A stretch of 64,000 nt of DNA from an uncultured Acholeplasmataceae bacterium (GCA_963544825.1 CAUUGG010000001.1:80890-144889), one strand, 5' to 3'; shown: positions 39,375 to 48,682, counted from the stretch's first letter. Numbers and translations are program-made. The notes: a model not told the origin generated them from the sequence alone.

Positions 39375-39820
39375 ACCAACTTAAGTTAAACAGAGTTAAA
39401 CAAACTTATTTTGTTAAGTTAAAAGAAAAAAACTTTACCTTCTTAGAAGTAGGTTACCTTTTTGCATTGTTTTTTGAAGTGATTTTTTCAGCGTTAATTG
39501 TTTATTTAGCACTAAACTGGCAAAGCAGTTACAACCTTATAAGTTGGCTGAATGCCTTTACTATTTCAACTGTTTTTGTTTTCTTTATTGGTTGGGTAAT
39601 TTTGATGGCCAACAAAAATATACTGTCTCCACTTTTTTACGGAACAAAGTCTTTTTTTACGGTCTTAACTGGACAAAAACTGGGAGAGACTTATTTTGAA
39701 TACTGCCAAAGATGGACAGAAAAACCGATTAAGCGTTTCTACTATATTTCTAATTTCTTAATCGCTTTAACGCACTTTTTAGTTTCTATTATTCTTTTAA
39801 TTGTCTACTACGCTAAATAA
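39359..39820 (+). CDS. Hypothetical integral membrane protein with about 4 TM helices
   Basis: The call rests on the hydrophobic profile. The gene overlaps the maf stop. Confidence 0.45.
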   Translation: MRSDVDQLKLNRVKQTYFVKLKEKNFTFLEVGYLFALFFEVIFSALIVYLALNWQSSYNLISWLNAFTISTVFVFFIGWVILMANKNILSPLFYGTKSFFTVLTGQKLGETYFEYCQRWTEKPIKRFYYISNFLIALTHFLVSIILLIVYYAK

Positions 39821-39845
39821 CAGATTACGAACAAGTTTCTTTTAT

Positions 39846-40667
39846 CTAAATGCGGTTGCCTTTTCGGTAATTGCGCTGATGACAAAGCGTTTGTAAATTA
39901 TTTAAATCGCTTTTGCCACCTTTAGAAATTGGATATATATGGTCAATTTCTAAGTCTTCGGTATCGCCACATTTAACACAACGATAGTTATCGCGTGCAT
40001 AAATAGCAAATCTAACTTTATTTGAAACTCGTGCTCTTTCTACTTTAGTAATTGAGTCCCAGATTTCTGGATTCAAATAATAATCTCCTCGTCTTTCTTC
40101 AATCATTCCGATAAGTTCAACAATTGTCTCACTATCAAATTTGTCTTTTTTATAGCTAACTAGACGACCGTTTAATAAAGACCGGTAGATTTCAACTAAA
40201 ATAGTAAACTCAGTAACTGGTTTTTTAACTCCTTTAGACATGACATCGGTTAACACCTGTTTTAAATATTGTGTGTTATTAAAAGGTATAACGGTGTCAA
40301 AGTCAAAAACTAAACATTCATTTTTAACTCTTTTTAAATAAATTTCGTGTTTTTTCTGATTTATCTTAGCGTATTGTATGTTTTCTTTCACTTTTTCTTT
40401 TAAAAACCTTAACTCATAAATTAAAAAGTCAACAGGTTGAACAATTTCAAAAAAATGCTCGTTATCATAAATTTTTTCTAAATTTAAATTCTCAACTTTA
40501 AGAAACTGATACTCTAAATTAAGTTCTCTTAATTTCTTCAAACCTAAACTATGTTTATCAACAAAATCATAATATTGCTTTCTTCTTAGCGAACTTATTA
40601 AAAAGGCTAAAAAAATTAGTGCTAAAAGCAAAACTATTAAACATATAAAAATTAAGATAATTAACAT
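39846..40667 (-). CDS. Membrane-anchored HNH endonuclease-domain protein
   Basis: It has an N-terminal TM helix (LIILIFICLIVLLLALIFLAFLISS, then RRK). The C-terminal HNH motif reads RDNYRCVKCG..LEIDHIYPISKGG..NLQTLCHQRNYRKG. An AAAGAGGTG RBS lies upstream. Confidence 0.75.
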   Translation of the reverse strand: MLIILIFICLIVLLLALIFLAFLISSLRRKQYYDFVDKHSLGLKKLRELNLEYQFLKVENLNLEKIYDNEHFFEIVQPVDFLIYELRFLKEKVKENIQYAKINQKKHEIYLKRVKNECLVFDFDTVIPFNNTQYLKQVLTDVMSKGVKKPVTEFTILVEIYRSLLNGRLVSYKKDKFDSETIVELIGMIEERRGDYYLNPEIWDSITKVERARVSNKVRFAIYARDNYRCVKCGDTEDLEIDHIYPISKGGKSDLNNLQTLCHQRNYRKGNRI

Positions 40668-40724
40668 TTTTCACCTCTTTAAGTTTTAAAAAAATAAAAA
40701 TTATTTGTGTATATTATTTAGATT

Positions 40725-40774
40725 AGTAAATAAAAATGACTGCCTGCAAAGTTAAACTCTTTGCAAAGCAGTCA
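40725..40774 (-). terminator. Rho-independent terminator after rnpB
   Basis: ATGACTGCCTGCAAAG pairs with CTTTGCAAAGCAGTCAT. On the minus strand the hairpin is followed by UUUUUAUUU. Confidence 0.75.
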
Positions 40775-40780
40775 TTTTTT

Positions 40781-41108
40781 TAAAAAAATACATAATAAGC
40801 CATGTTCTGTATTTAAACAATCATTTATCTAATGCATATGCATTCCGTTTGTCTCTTCTTAATTTGAAACAAAAGCGGTTCCCCTACCAAAATTTGGGTT
40901 TCTAGCTTGTGGAGTTTACCCGTTTCACTTGAACTAAATCAACTCGTCTCTGTGGCACTTTATGAAAATAAACATTTTCGTCGTCAAGGCAGTGCGTTGC
41001 CTTGCCCAAGGTTATTTATTGCCTTGGCACAATCACTACTGGCATCACAGCCAGTGCTAGCATGGACTTTCCTAACGTTTCCGCTCGATTGTCTGTGCAT
41101 TTTTTTTA
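40781..41108 (-). ncRNA. rnpB: RNase P RNA, type B (Bacillus-like). The ends are approximate.
   Basis: The reverse complement contains GUUAGGAAAGUCCAUGCUAGCAC (P4 5' strand), AAAGUGCCACAGAGACGA, GUGAAACGGGUAAACUCC, AGAAACCCAAAUUUUGGUAGGGGAACC and ACAGAACAUGGCUUA. These match my recollection of the conserved blocks of B. subtilis RNase P RNA. Confidence 0.9.
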
Positions 41109-41118
41109 CTTATAGAAC

Positions 41119-43242
41119 CTATTTAGTTTTGTTTTTCTTTAAAACTTCCTTGCGGGAAAGGTCAACTCTACCTTTTTCGTCAACGCCGATACATTTAACT
41201 AAGATTTGGTCGCCAAGTGAAAGCACGTCTTCTACTTTTTCAATGCGTTCAAGCGCGATTTGAGAGATGTGCATTAAACCTTCTGTACCTGGCCAAAGTT
41301 CAACAAAAGCTCCATATTTTTCAATTCTAGTAACTTTTGCTTCGTAAACTGCGCCAACTTCAACTTCGCGAGTTAAGTTATATACCTTGTCGTAAGCCAT
41401 TTGGATGTATTTAGCCTCAGGGTGTCTAATTACCACTTTTCCGTCTTGAGAAATTTCAATATCACAGTTTCCACAATCTTGAATGATTTGGTTAATCACT
41501 TTGCCGCCACTGCCAATTACATCTTTAATTTTATCTGGGTTAATGTTTAGAACTTTAACGTGAGGTGCGCAGTCTGCAACTTCTTTTCTTGGCTCAGCGA
41601 TGGTAGTTTGCATGTGGGCAAGTAAAGCAAAACGCGCTTCTTTTGCGTCGGCTAAAGCCTCGGTTAAAATGGCTTTGTCAATTCCGTCAATTTTAATGTC
41701 CATTTGCAAAGCAGTAATACCTGTCTTTGTTCCAGCAACTTTAAAGTCCATGTCACCAAGGTGGTCTTCCATGCCTTGAATGTCGGTTAAAATTGTGTAG
41801 TTTTTACCTTCTTTAATTAGACCCATTGCAATACCTGCAACTGGTGATTTTAAAGGTACACCACCCGCCATTAAGGCCAAGGTTGAGCCACAAACTGTTG
41901 CCATTGAAGACGAACCGTTAGATTCCAGAATTTCTGAAACTAAACGCACAGTGTATGGGAACTCTTCTTCAGATGGAAGCATTGGAAGAATTGCACGACG
42001 TGCTAAAGTACCATGTCCGATTTCTCTACGGCCAGGTGCTCCGTATCTGCCGGTTTCACCAACTGAGTAAGGTGGGAAGTTGTAGTGAAGTGTAAATCTC
42101 TTGTCTTCTTCAAAGCCAAGGTCATCAATAATTTGTTTGTCTTTTTCGCCACCCAAAGTTAAAACTGCTAATGCTTGAGTTTGGCCACGAGTAAACAAAG
42201 CAGAGCCGTGTGCTCTTGGCAAAATGTCTAGTCTTGATGAAAGTGGACGAATTTCTTTGACTTTTCTTGAGTCAGGACGGATTTTGTCAACAGTAATAAG
42301 TTTTCTAAACTCAATTTTAACTAAGTCTTCGTATGCTAAAAATACTTCGTTATCGTAAAGTTTGCGAGTATCTTCGTCTAAATTTAATCCATCGTATTGT
42401 TTTGAGTAAAGTTCAATGACTTCTGCTCTTAAAGCCTCTAGCGCTAAGTCGCGTTCTTGTTTGTCAAAAACTAAAAGTGCGGTTTTGATTTTTTTAGCAT
42501 AGTTTTTCTCAAGTTCACCAACTAATTTAGGGTTATATACAGTGATTTCAACTGGTTTTTTAGCCTCACCGATTTCTGCTTGAATTGAAGAAATGAATGC
42601 ACAGATTTTCTTAATTTCAGCGTGCGCAAATAAAATTGCTTCAACCATCGTCTCTTCGCTTAACTCATTTGCTCCAGCTTCTACCATGTTAATGGCGTCT
42701 TTAGTACCAGCAACTGTTAAGTTTAAACTAGATTTTTCTAAATCAGCAATAGATGGATTGATTACAAACTGACCATCAATCATACCAACAGTTACACCAG
42801 CAATTGGTCCTTCAAAAGGCAGTGAAGATATAGACAAAGCAATAGATGAACCTAGCATAGCAGTAAGTGGTGCAGAGCAGGCTTCGTCAAAAGACATTAC
42901 AGTGTTAACAACTTGCACTTCGTCTTTATATCCTTCTTTGAAAAGCGGGCGAATTGGTCTGTCAATTAATCTAGACATTAAAGTTTCGTATTCCGAACCT
43001 TTTCCTTCTCTTCGCATAAAGTTGCCAGGAATTTTACCACCAGCGTATTTTTTTTCTTGGTAAATTACCATTAGTGGAAAGAAATCTTGTAGTGGGTTTT
43101 CATTTGCTTTTGAACAAACTGTAGAAAGCACACAAGTATCTCCATAATAAACTAAAGCAGAGGCTTGCGCTTGTTTAGCAACTTCGCCAATCTCTACTCT
43201 TAGGCTACGACCACCGATCGTAGTTGAAAAGACTTTTTTCAT
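41119..43242 (-). CDS. pnp: Polyribonucleotide nucleotidyltransferase (PNPase)
   Basis: The 707-aa translation has two RNase PH domains followed by KH and S1 domains (GAVYEAKVTRIEKYGAFVEL). Confidence 0.97.
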   Translation of the reverse strand: MKKVFSTTIGGRSLRVEIGEVAKQAQASALVYYGDTCVLSTVCSKANENPLQDFFPLMVIYQEKKYAGGKIPGNFMRREGKGSEYETLMSRLIDRPIRPLFKEGYKDEVQVVNTVMSFDEACSAPLTAMLGSSIALSISSLPFEGPIAGVTVGMIDGQFVINPSIADLEKSSLNLTVAGTKDAINMVEAGANELSEETMVEAILFAHAEIKKICAFISSIQAEIGEAKKPVEITVYNPKLVGELEKNYAKKIKTALLVFDKQERDLALEALRAEVIELYSKQYDGLNLDEDTRKLYDNEVFLAYEDLVKIEFRKLITVDKIRPDSRKVKEIRPLSSRLDILPRAHGSALFTRGQTQALAVLTLGGEKDKQIIDDLGFEEDKRFTLHYNFPPYSVGETGRYGAPGRREIGHGTLARRAILPMLPSEEEFPYTVRLVSEILESNGSSSMATVCGSTLALMAGGVPLKSPVAGIAMGLIKEGKNYTILTDIQGMEDHLGDMDFKVAGTKTGITALQMDIKIDGIDKAILTEALADAKEARFALLAHMQTTIAEPRKEVADCAPHVKVLNINPDKIKDVIGSGGKVINQIIQDCGNCDIEISQDGKVVIRHPEAKYIQMAYDKVYNLTREVEVGAVYEAKVTRIEKYGAFVELWPGTEGLMHISQIALERIEKVEDVLSLGDQILVKCIGVDEKGRVDLSRKEVLKKNKTK

Positions 43243-43268
43243 ATTTTTCTCCTTAATTTAACTGCTTA

Positions 43269-43277
43269 ATTATAACA
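43269..43277 (-). promoter_or_regulatory. Extended -10 element TGTTATAAT upstream of pnp
   Basis: The reverse complement reads TGTTATAAT-taagcagttaaattAAGGAGaaaaatATG. Confidence 0.45.
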
Positions 43278-43283
43278 TTTTTA

Positions 43284-43307
43284 GCAGAAAATCAGGTTGT
43301 TTTCTGC
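43284..43307. terminator. Hairpin GCAGAAAA-N8-TTTTCTGC between comEC and pnp
   Basis: The 8-bp stem is flanked by an A-run and a T-run. The T tail is better on the + strand than on the coding (-) strand, so its function is uncertain. Confidence 0.4.
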
Positions 43308-43341
43308 TTTTTTAGACGGTTTTCAAAATAAAGTCTGGATT

Positions 43342-45306
43342 TTAGAGTTTTTGTAAAAACATAAATTGCTCGCTGTATCTAAAGACTGCGTTTTTAGTTA
43401 AAAAATAGGTGTCTGCAATTTTGGTAGTTGCTATGTTTTTAACATATCGCAACTTGTTTTGAAAATAAGGTTCAGTTGCTGCGCTTTTGGGTCTGGCAAA
43501 AATATGGGTAGGTTTTAAGTCTTTGTACTCATTGAAAAATAAGTTAAGTTTTGATTGAGTTGCTGAGTTTAGAAAAACTAACGAAACTTTTTGGTGTTTA
43601 AGTTCTAACACCGGACCTCGATTGCTAGTGTGTTCATAAGTTTTAGTTGTGTGCAGCAAATTTAACTCAAATTGCCCAATTTGAAAATTATTTGGCAAAA
43701 AATAGTAGTTATCTTGCACAGTTTTAGGAAGTTTTGTAAAGTAAAATTTACTTGGGTTAATTTCGTTTATGGCAAATAACTCTTTTTCAAAATAATATAG
43801 GTCTGTATAAATTACTTCAGGTTCAAAAACAAGCCCAAGCTTCTTAAATGTACTAAGGGTTTTGCTTGCAGGATTGATGAGTGTGGCTTTAGCATTTGAA
43901 ATTAAAATCATCGCCGTTGTATTGCTTTCTTGTACAGTTTTTAAACAGGGTAAAGGTGTGAGTAAAAACTTTATTTTAAATAAAACTAACGCAAAAAGAA
44001 ATATGTATTTTTTTAGATAAACATGGGTAGTTTTTCTAAAAACTAAGTATATTAAAAGTAGATAATAAAGAGCAAGTAAGTAAGGTGAAAACTGAGGGAA
44101 ACTCAGTTCTAAGAAGTTCATTCTGGAATGCTTAAATAATGTTAAAATCGCCCGATAAGGATATTCTAAAGCATATGCAAAGGGATAAAAAAATAGTAAA
44201 ATTATAATTAAAGGAAAATAAAAATAAGTTAAAAACTGTAAAATAAAACTACTTAAAAACAAGGTGACTAAATTGAGTTTGCCACCAAAGTTCACACTCA
44301 GCGGAAAAATAATTAAATAAAAATAAATACTTGATTTGATTTTTCCTTTAAAAAAGCCCTGCTGCCATTTGAAGTTTACTTTATTTAAAATTGAAAAAAA
44401 CGAAATTAAATAAGTTAAAACAAATCCGTAGTTAAATACTGAAAAAGGATTTAAGACAAATGCTGCCAGACCAGTTAAAGAAAGTGCGTTAATTTTACTG
44501 ATTTTAATTTTTTTTAAGTTTGCAGTTAAATAAATGATGTAGATAAAAGCAAACTTAAAACTGCTGGCTTTAGGATTGGAAAAGTGCATCCAAAATAAAA
44601 AAACAGTTAAAAAAATTAACTGCTTTTTTTCGCTTACCGAAAAATAGTTAAAAACTTTTTTAATTAAAGTAATTAAAAATGCGGTAAAAAGACCGCTTGC
44701 AGAAATTACTGAAGTCAGTCCATATCCAGAAATTAGTCTGCGTGTATCTAGGTCAGCAGTATTTTCTGCCAGTAAAAACGTTGAGAGCCAAGTTTTGATG
44801 TTTTCAGGAAATAGGGTTAAATATTTAGTCAAATAATACGAGTAATAGAAATATTTTAAACTAAACCTAGATGGATTGTGTCTAATGTAGTAGTGTCCCG
44901 CAATTTGTTTTGAAAACTGATTTAAATCCACTTCTCTGGCAAAGTAAAAACGCGAATCTATTTTAATAAAATCACCAACCTGAAGGTCTGACTCAGCGTA
45001 CACAGCAAGCCGAGTAAAACCGTTTGTTAAGTAAGCGGTATCCCCCGTTTTTTTAAAACAATAGTAGTAATTGCCAAAATATGGATAATTAAAAAGTAAG
45101 TAATTAAGCAAGTAAATTAGTCCAAAAAATAAAATCACGGAAAATAATAATTTATGCGAAACTACTTTTCTAGCAAAGTAAATATAAGGAAGTAAAATCA
45201 GTAAAAAAAGTGGGAATTTTAATGCTACTAAAAAAATTGCGGTAAGCGGAAAAATTAAGTAAAGTTTATTTTTAATCTGCAAAAAAGTAGGGTTTAATTT
45301 GTTCAA
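43342..45306 (-). CDS. comEC: DNA internalization competence protein ComEC/Rec2-like
   Basis: It is a 654-aa polytopic membrane protein located immediately after comEA. The C-terminal region of about 190 aa has an MBL-like layout, but I could find no HxHxDH motif in it. Confidence 0.7.
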   Translation of the reverse strand: MNKLNPTFLQIKNKLYLIFPLTAIFLVALKFPLFLLILLPYIYFARKVVSHKLLFSVILFFGLIYLLNYLLFNYPYFGNYYYCFKKTGDTAYLTNGFTRLAVYAESDLQVGDFIKIDSRFYFAREVDLNQFSKQIAGHYYIRHNPSRFSLKYFYYSYYLTKYLTLFPENIKTWLSTFLLAENTADLDTRRLISGYGLTSVISASGLFTAFLITLIKKVFNYFSVSEKKQLIFLTVFLFWMHFSNPKASSFKFAFIYIIYLTANLKKIKISKINALSLTGLAAFVLNPFSVFNYGFVLTYLISFFSILNKVNFKWQQGFFKGKIKSSIYFYLIIFPLSVNFGGKLNLVTLFLSSFILQFLTYFYFPLIIILLFFYPFAYALEYPYRAILTLFKHSRMNFLELSFPQFSPYLLALYYLLLIYLVFRKTTHVYLKKYIFLFALVLFKIKFLLTPLPCLKTVQESNTTAMILISNAKATLINPASKTLSTFKKLGLVFEPEVIYTDLYYFEKELFAINEINPSKFYFTKLPKTVQDNYYFLPNNFQIGQFELNLLHTTKTYEHTSNRGPVLELKHQKVSLVFLNSATQSKLNLFFNEYKDLKPTHIFARPKSAATEPYFQNKLRYVKNIATTKIADTYFLTKNAVFRYSEQFMFLQKL

Positions 45307-45802
45307 AGGTTTTTGGGCCTATACCTTTTATTTCAAGTAGTTCCTCAACTGATTTAAATTGAGTAGTTCTTTGTTTAACTAAGATGTTAGTCGCAATTTC
45401 TTCAGTAATTTTTGGAATTTCAACGAGTTGCCTATAGGTAACTGTATTTAAGTTATAAGTTTTGGTGATTTTGCCTTTTGTGTCAGTTTTAACTAAAAAA
45501 GTACGGTTTCGGTCAATTTTAGTCTGCTCGGCTAGGTCTCTGACTGCGTTTTCGGTGTATCCACCTGCATAGTTTAAAACAGATGCAAGTTCTGTACCTT
45601 TCATTACACGGTAAGTTCCTGGAAACTTAACTTCACCCATAATTTTTACATCAAAAAACTTAATTTCTTTACCTTGCTTTGTGACCTTTAGTCTATTTTG
45701 TCTTAAGATAAAGAAAGTTGTAAAAAAAATAAGCAAAATAACTTGCAGTGCAATTAAAAATACATACAGCGTAAATCTTTTTTTAAATATTTTTTTGTGC
45801 AT
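45272..45802 (-). CDS. comEA: Competence protein ComEA (DNA receptor with helix-hairpin-helix)
   Basis: It has an N-terminal TM helix, an SLBB-like segment (GEVKFPGTYRV) and a C-terminal HhH (LLEIKGIGPKTFEQI). The start was set to the ATG at 45802, which has an AAAGGA RBS. Confidence 0.82.
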   Translation of the reverse strand: MHKKIFKKRFTLYVFLIALQVILLIFFTTFFILRQNRLKVTKQGKEIKFFDVKIMGEVKFPGTYRVMKGTELASVLNYAGGYTENAVRDLAEQTKIDRNRTFLVKTDTKGKITKTYNLNTVTYRQLVEIPKITEEIATNILVKQRTTQFKSVEELLEIKGIGPKTFEQIKPYFFAD

Positions 45803-45859
45803 ATTTGCGTCCTTTTTAGTTTTTCGCAAATATACTTGCCAAAATACGCGTGAATTACT

Positions 45860-45897
45860 CAAAAAAATAAAATAAGCACTCATTTAGAGTGCTTATT
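45860..45897 (-). terminator. Rho-independent terminator after tRNA-Leu
   Basis: AATAAGCACTC-attta-GAGTGCTTATT is followed on the minus strand by TTATTTTATTTTTTT. Confidence 0.75.
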
Positions 45898-45913
45898 TGT
45901 TAAATCTTTTAAA

Positions 45914-45998
45914 TGGTGCTCGATATCGGGGTCGAACCGATATGGATTTCTCCGTACGATTTTGAGTCGTATGCGTCTGCCAATTCCGCCAATCGAGC
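45914..45998 (-). tRNA. tRNA-Leu (anticodon CAA), class II with a long variable arm, CCA encoded
   Basis: The reverse complement is GCTCGATTGGCGGAATTGGCAGACGCATACGACTCAAAATCGTACGGAGAAATCCATATCGGTTCGACCCCGATATCGAGCACCA. The anticodon loop is CTCAAAA and the T-arm is GGTTCGACC. Confidence 0.9.
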
Positions 45999-46011
45999 AG
46001 TTTGACAAAAT

Positions 46012-47673
46012 TTACATTTTGTCAATCGGACATATTCCAAGCAGTTTTAAACCTTTTTCTAAAACTAATCTCACGAAGTAAAGGAAGCATAGGTTTGCGT
46101 TTTGAACTAAACTATCTTTAACTATAAAGTGAGTTTGGGCGTATAGTTTATTAAAACTAGCGCATACATTAAGTAAATATTTAGCCACAGTAGAAGGCAT
46201 TAAAGTCTCGGCTGCTTTTTCAATAGTTTCTTTAAAACCATCAATTAATTTTAACACAGGCCAAAACTCTTTAGTTAAATATTTAGAGTCAAACTTAGTA
46301 AAGTCAGATGTTTGGCCTTCAAGTATGGAAGCAATTCTGACAACAGTATATTGAATATAGGGACCTGTTTGACCTTCAAACTTCAAGGCTTGGTTTAAGT
46401 TAAACTCAAAATCCAGGGTTCGGTCGTTTTTAAGGTCATTGAAGATAATTGCGCCAACTCCGATTCTTTCAGCGAGATAATCAATTTCTTTAGTCTCTGG
46501 TCTTTTTTCTAAAATTATATTTTTAGCACCTAAAATCGCAAGATCTAGCAAGGCTTTTAAACCTTTGGTTTTACCTTCGCGCGTTGACATTTTTTTACCG
46601 TTTGTCAAAACTAGCCCAAAGCCAACATGTGTAATGTTGGTGTCAATTCCGTAGATTTTGGTCAGTCTTTTTAGTTGTTCAAAGTGCAGTTTTTGCTCGT
46701 TTCCAACTACGTATAAAATGTCTGTAAAGTTATGTAGATTTTTTCTGTATTCAAGGGCTGTCAGATCACGAGTTAAGTAAAGAGTAGCACCGTCTGAACG
46801 CACCAGCAAAGCAGGTGGGATGTCTTCGCCTAGCCTTACAATTTTTGCGCCTGCGTCTTTTTCCAAGACTTTAATTTCACTAAGTTTGGCTAAAACTGGC
46901 TGCATCTTGTCGTTGTAAAAAGATTCACCCGAAATATTTTCAAACTCAACCCCGAGCGTACGGTAAACTTTTAAAAATTCTGTTATAGATATTTCTCTAA
47001 ATTGGCGCCAAAGTTCTAGGTATTTCTCGTCTCTGTCTTCAAGGTTTTTAAAAATTTCTCGAGCCTTGTCTTCAAGTTGTGGGTTCTCTTCGGCTTCCTT
47101 GTGGAAACGCACATATAGAGATTGCAGATGCTCGAGTGGGTTTTTTTGAAACTCAGTGGTGTCTAGCCAGTTTTCATAAGCGTAAATCATCTTACCAAAC
47201 TGAGTTCCCCAGTCGCCAAGGTAGTTTTCACCATACACCTCTGCTCCTGCGCACTTTAAGATTTGTTTAAGAGAGTTTCCAATTACTGTAGACCTTAGAT
47301 GGCCAACTGAGAAAAACTTAGCAACATTTGGACTTGAGTAGTCAATGAAGTACTTACGCTTGTTTGGCAAAAAAACCGGGAAGTTTGTGTTTTCTTTAAC
47401 CAAAACTTTAAATAAATCTGCTTTAAACTTATCTTGATTTAGTTTAATATTTAAAAACCCGTTTAAAAAAACGAGTTCTTGAATAATATTTAAATTAGCG
47501 ATTTTTTGTTCAATTGAAAGAAAAATCTCGACTGGCTTTTGCTTAGTTAAAGCAGCCAGTTTAAAAAGCGGCAGGGCTAAGTCAAAGTCAGGATTTTTAG
47601 AGATATCTAGAGCACTTAAGTCAAAGTCAGGTGCTGCTGTCTGAATTTGTTTAATGTATTGATTTAAAATCAT
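46012..47673 (-). CDS. argS: Arginine--tRNA ligase
   Basis: The 553-aa translation has a class I HIGH-type region (SSPNVAKFFSVGHLRSTVIGN) and a C-terminal DALR anticodon-binding domain. Confidence 0.94.
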   Translation of the reverse strand: MILNQYIKQIQTAAPDFDLSALDISKNPDFDLALPLFKLAALTKQKPVEIFLSIEQKIANLNIIQELVFLNGFLNIKLNQDKFKADLFKVLVKENTNFPVFLPNKRKYFIDYSSPNVAKFFSVGHLRSTVIGNSLKQILKCAGAEVYGENYLGDWGTQFGKMIYAYENWLDTTEFQKNPLEHLQSLYVRFHKEAEENPQLEDKAREIFKNLEDRDEKYLELWRQFREISITEFLKVYRTLGVEFENISGESFYNDKMQPVLAKLSEIKVLEKDAGAKIVRLGEDIPPALLVRSDGATLYLTRDLTALEYRKNLHNFTDILYVVGNEQKLHFEQLKRLTKIYGIDTNITHVGFGLVLTNGKKMSTREGKTKGLKALLDLAILGAKNIILEKRPETKEIDYLAERIGVGAIIFNDLKNDRTLDFEFNLNQALKFEGQTGPYIQYTVVRIASILEGQTSDFTKFDSKYLTKEFWPVLKLIDGFKETIEKAAETLMPSTVAKYLLNVCASFNKLYAQTHFIVKDSLVQNANLCFLYFVRLVLEKGLKLLGICPIDKM

Positions 47674-47679
47674 TTAAAG

Positions 47680-48393
47680 TTATTTTCTAAAAGTTTTTTT
47701 AGCAATTAGTTCAATGAATCTTTGAACTTCCAGACGGATGTCTGAATGTGATTCAAGTGTGGTTTTAAGTTGTTCTTCGGCACTTAAATCAAGGAGTTCG
47801 CCTTTGTAGAAAACTAACATTGTTTGGCTGTATTTAGGTTGATACAGACCTGGGTATTTTTTCTTAAAGTTTTTGTAGTCAGGATAGTAGTATTTTTCGT
47901 CTTCAATTTCAACTGGTTTTTTAAGTAAATCAAGGAAGTATATTTTTTTGCCAGTAACTTTTGCAAACTCTTCGTCTTTTTCAACTTTAGTTTGTGCGTT
48001 TTCGTAACCGTCAAATAAACGAGTAAACTCTTCGTTAATTGGTCCTAGGTTTTCCAAAGTGTTTTTGTGAGTTCTAGTTCCGTAGTAGGCAAAAACTAGG
48101 CTTTCAGTAGCAGTTTTTGATTTTTCTAACACTGAGTATAGTTTTCTTTGAGAAATTGGAATGTAGATGTTTTCAGTTGGCAAGTATCGTGTGTATTTAT
48201 CCGAGTTTGCCAATTGACGACCAAATTTTAAATTAGAGTAGTTTTTTTGAATTTCGTTAGTAAATCTAGTTTTAGCACTTGGAGTGATAAAAACTATGGT
48301 AATTGAGATTAAAACTAAGAAAAATGCAAGTACAACATATGCAAGAGGATGAACTTTTCCAGCAGCATTTTCGTATTTTTTTCTTTTCAGCAT
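47680..48393 (-). CDS. Hypothetical membrane-anchored protein
   Basis: A GGAGGA RBS lies 6 nt before the ATG at 48393. It has a single TM helix (LAYVVLAFFLVLISITIVFI). I recognised no family. Confidence 0.5.
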   Translation of the reverse strand: MLKRKKYENAAGKVHPLAYVVLAFFLVLISITIVFITPSAKTRFTNEIQKNYSNLKFGRQLANSDKYTRYLPTENIYIPISQRKLYSVLEKSKTATESLVFAYYGTRTHKNTLENLGPINEEFTRLFDGYENAQTKVEKDEEFAKVTGKKIYFLDLLKKPVEIEDEKYYYPDYKNFKKKYPGLYQPKYSQTMLVFYKGELLDLSAEEQLKTTLESHSDIRLEVQRFIELIAKKTFRK

Positions 48394-48563
48394 TGATGTC
48401 CTCCGTGGGTTAAATAAACACAAAAAATTATACCACATCTAAGGCGTTATCAGCCTATTATGTTATATAGAACGCTGTTTAAGTTAATAGGATAAAAAGT
48501 TTTTAAGTTTGATAAAGACTGGTTGTTCCATTAGTTAGGGGATTTGTTTGGTGGTTTTCAAAT

Positions 48564-48664
48564 ATATGTCTAAAATGCATCACAAAAGTGCTTAAAAACA
48601 TACAGTTTTTTGAAAAAATTTTTTAAAACATTTTTTAATTGTTTTTATAATTCATATGTCTAAA
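48564..48664 (+). promoter_or_regulatory. Promoter region of the XRE gene, with two copies of ATATGTCTAAA (48564-48574 and 48654-48664) and a TATAAT at 48646-48651
   Basis: The 11-nt direct repeat is exact. The second copy starts 3 nt after the -10 hexamer. Confidence 0.4.
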
Positions 48665-48682
48665 GTTTAAAAAGGAGGGGAT

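Noticed and set aside
40907-41263. 118-aa ORF on the + strand
   Set aside because: It covers the RNase P RNA gene and the antisense strand of the pnp 3' end. The open frame is explained by the GC-rich structured RNA.
45871-45897. CIRCE-like inverted repeat TAAGCACTC-N5-GAGTGCTTA
   Set aside because: CIRCE has a 9-nt spacer and precedes chaperone genes. This element has a 5-nt spacer and a U-tail and sits right after tRNA-Leu, so it is a terminator.
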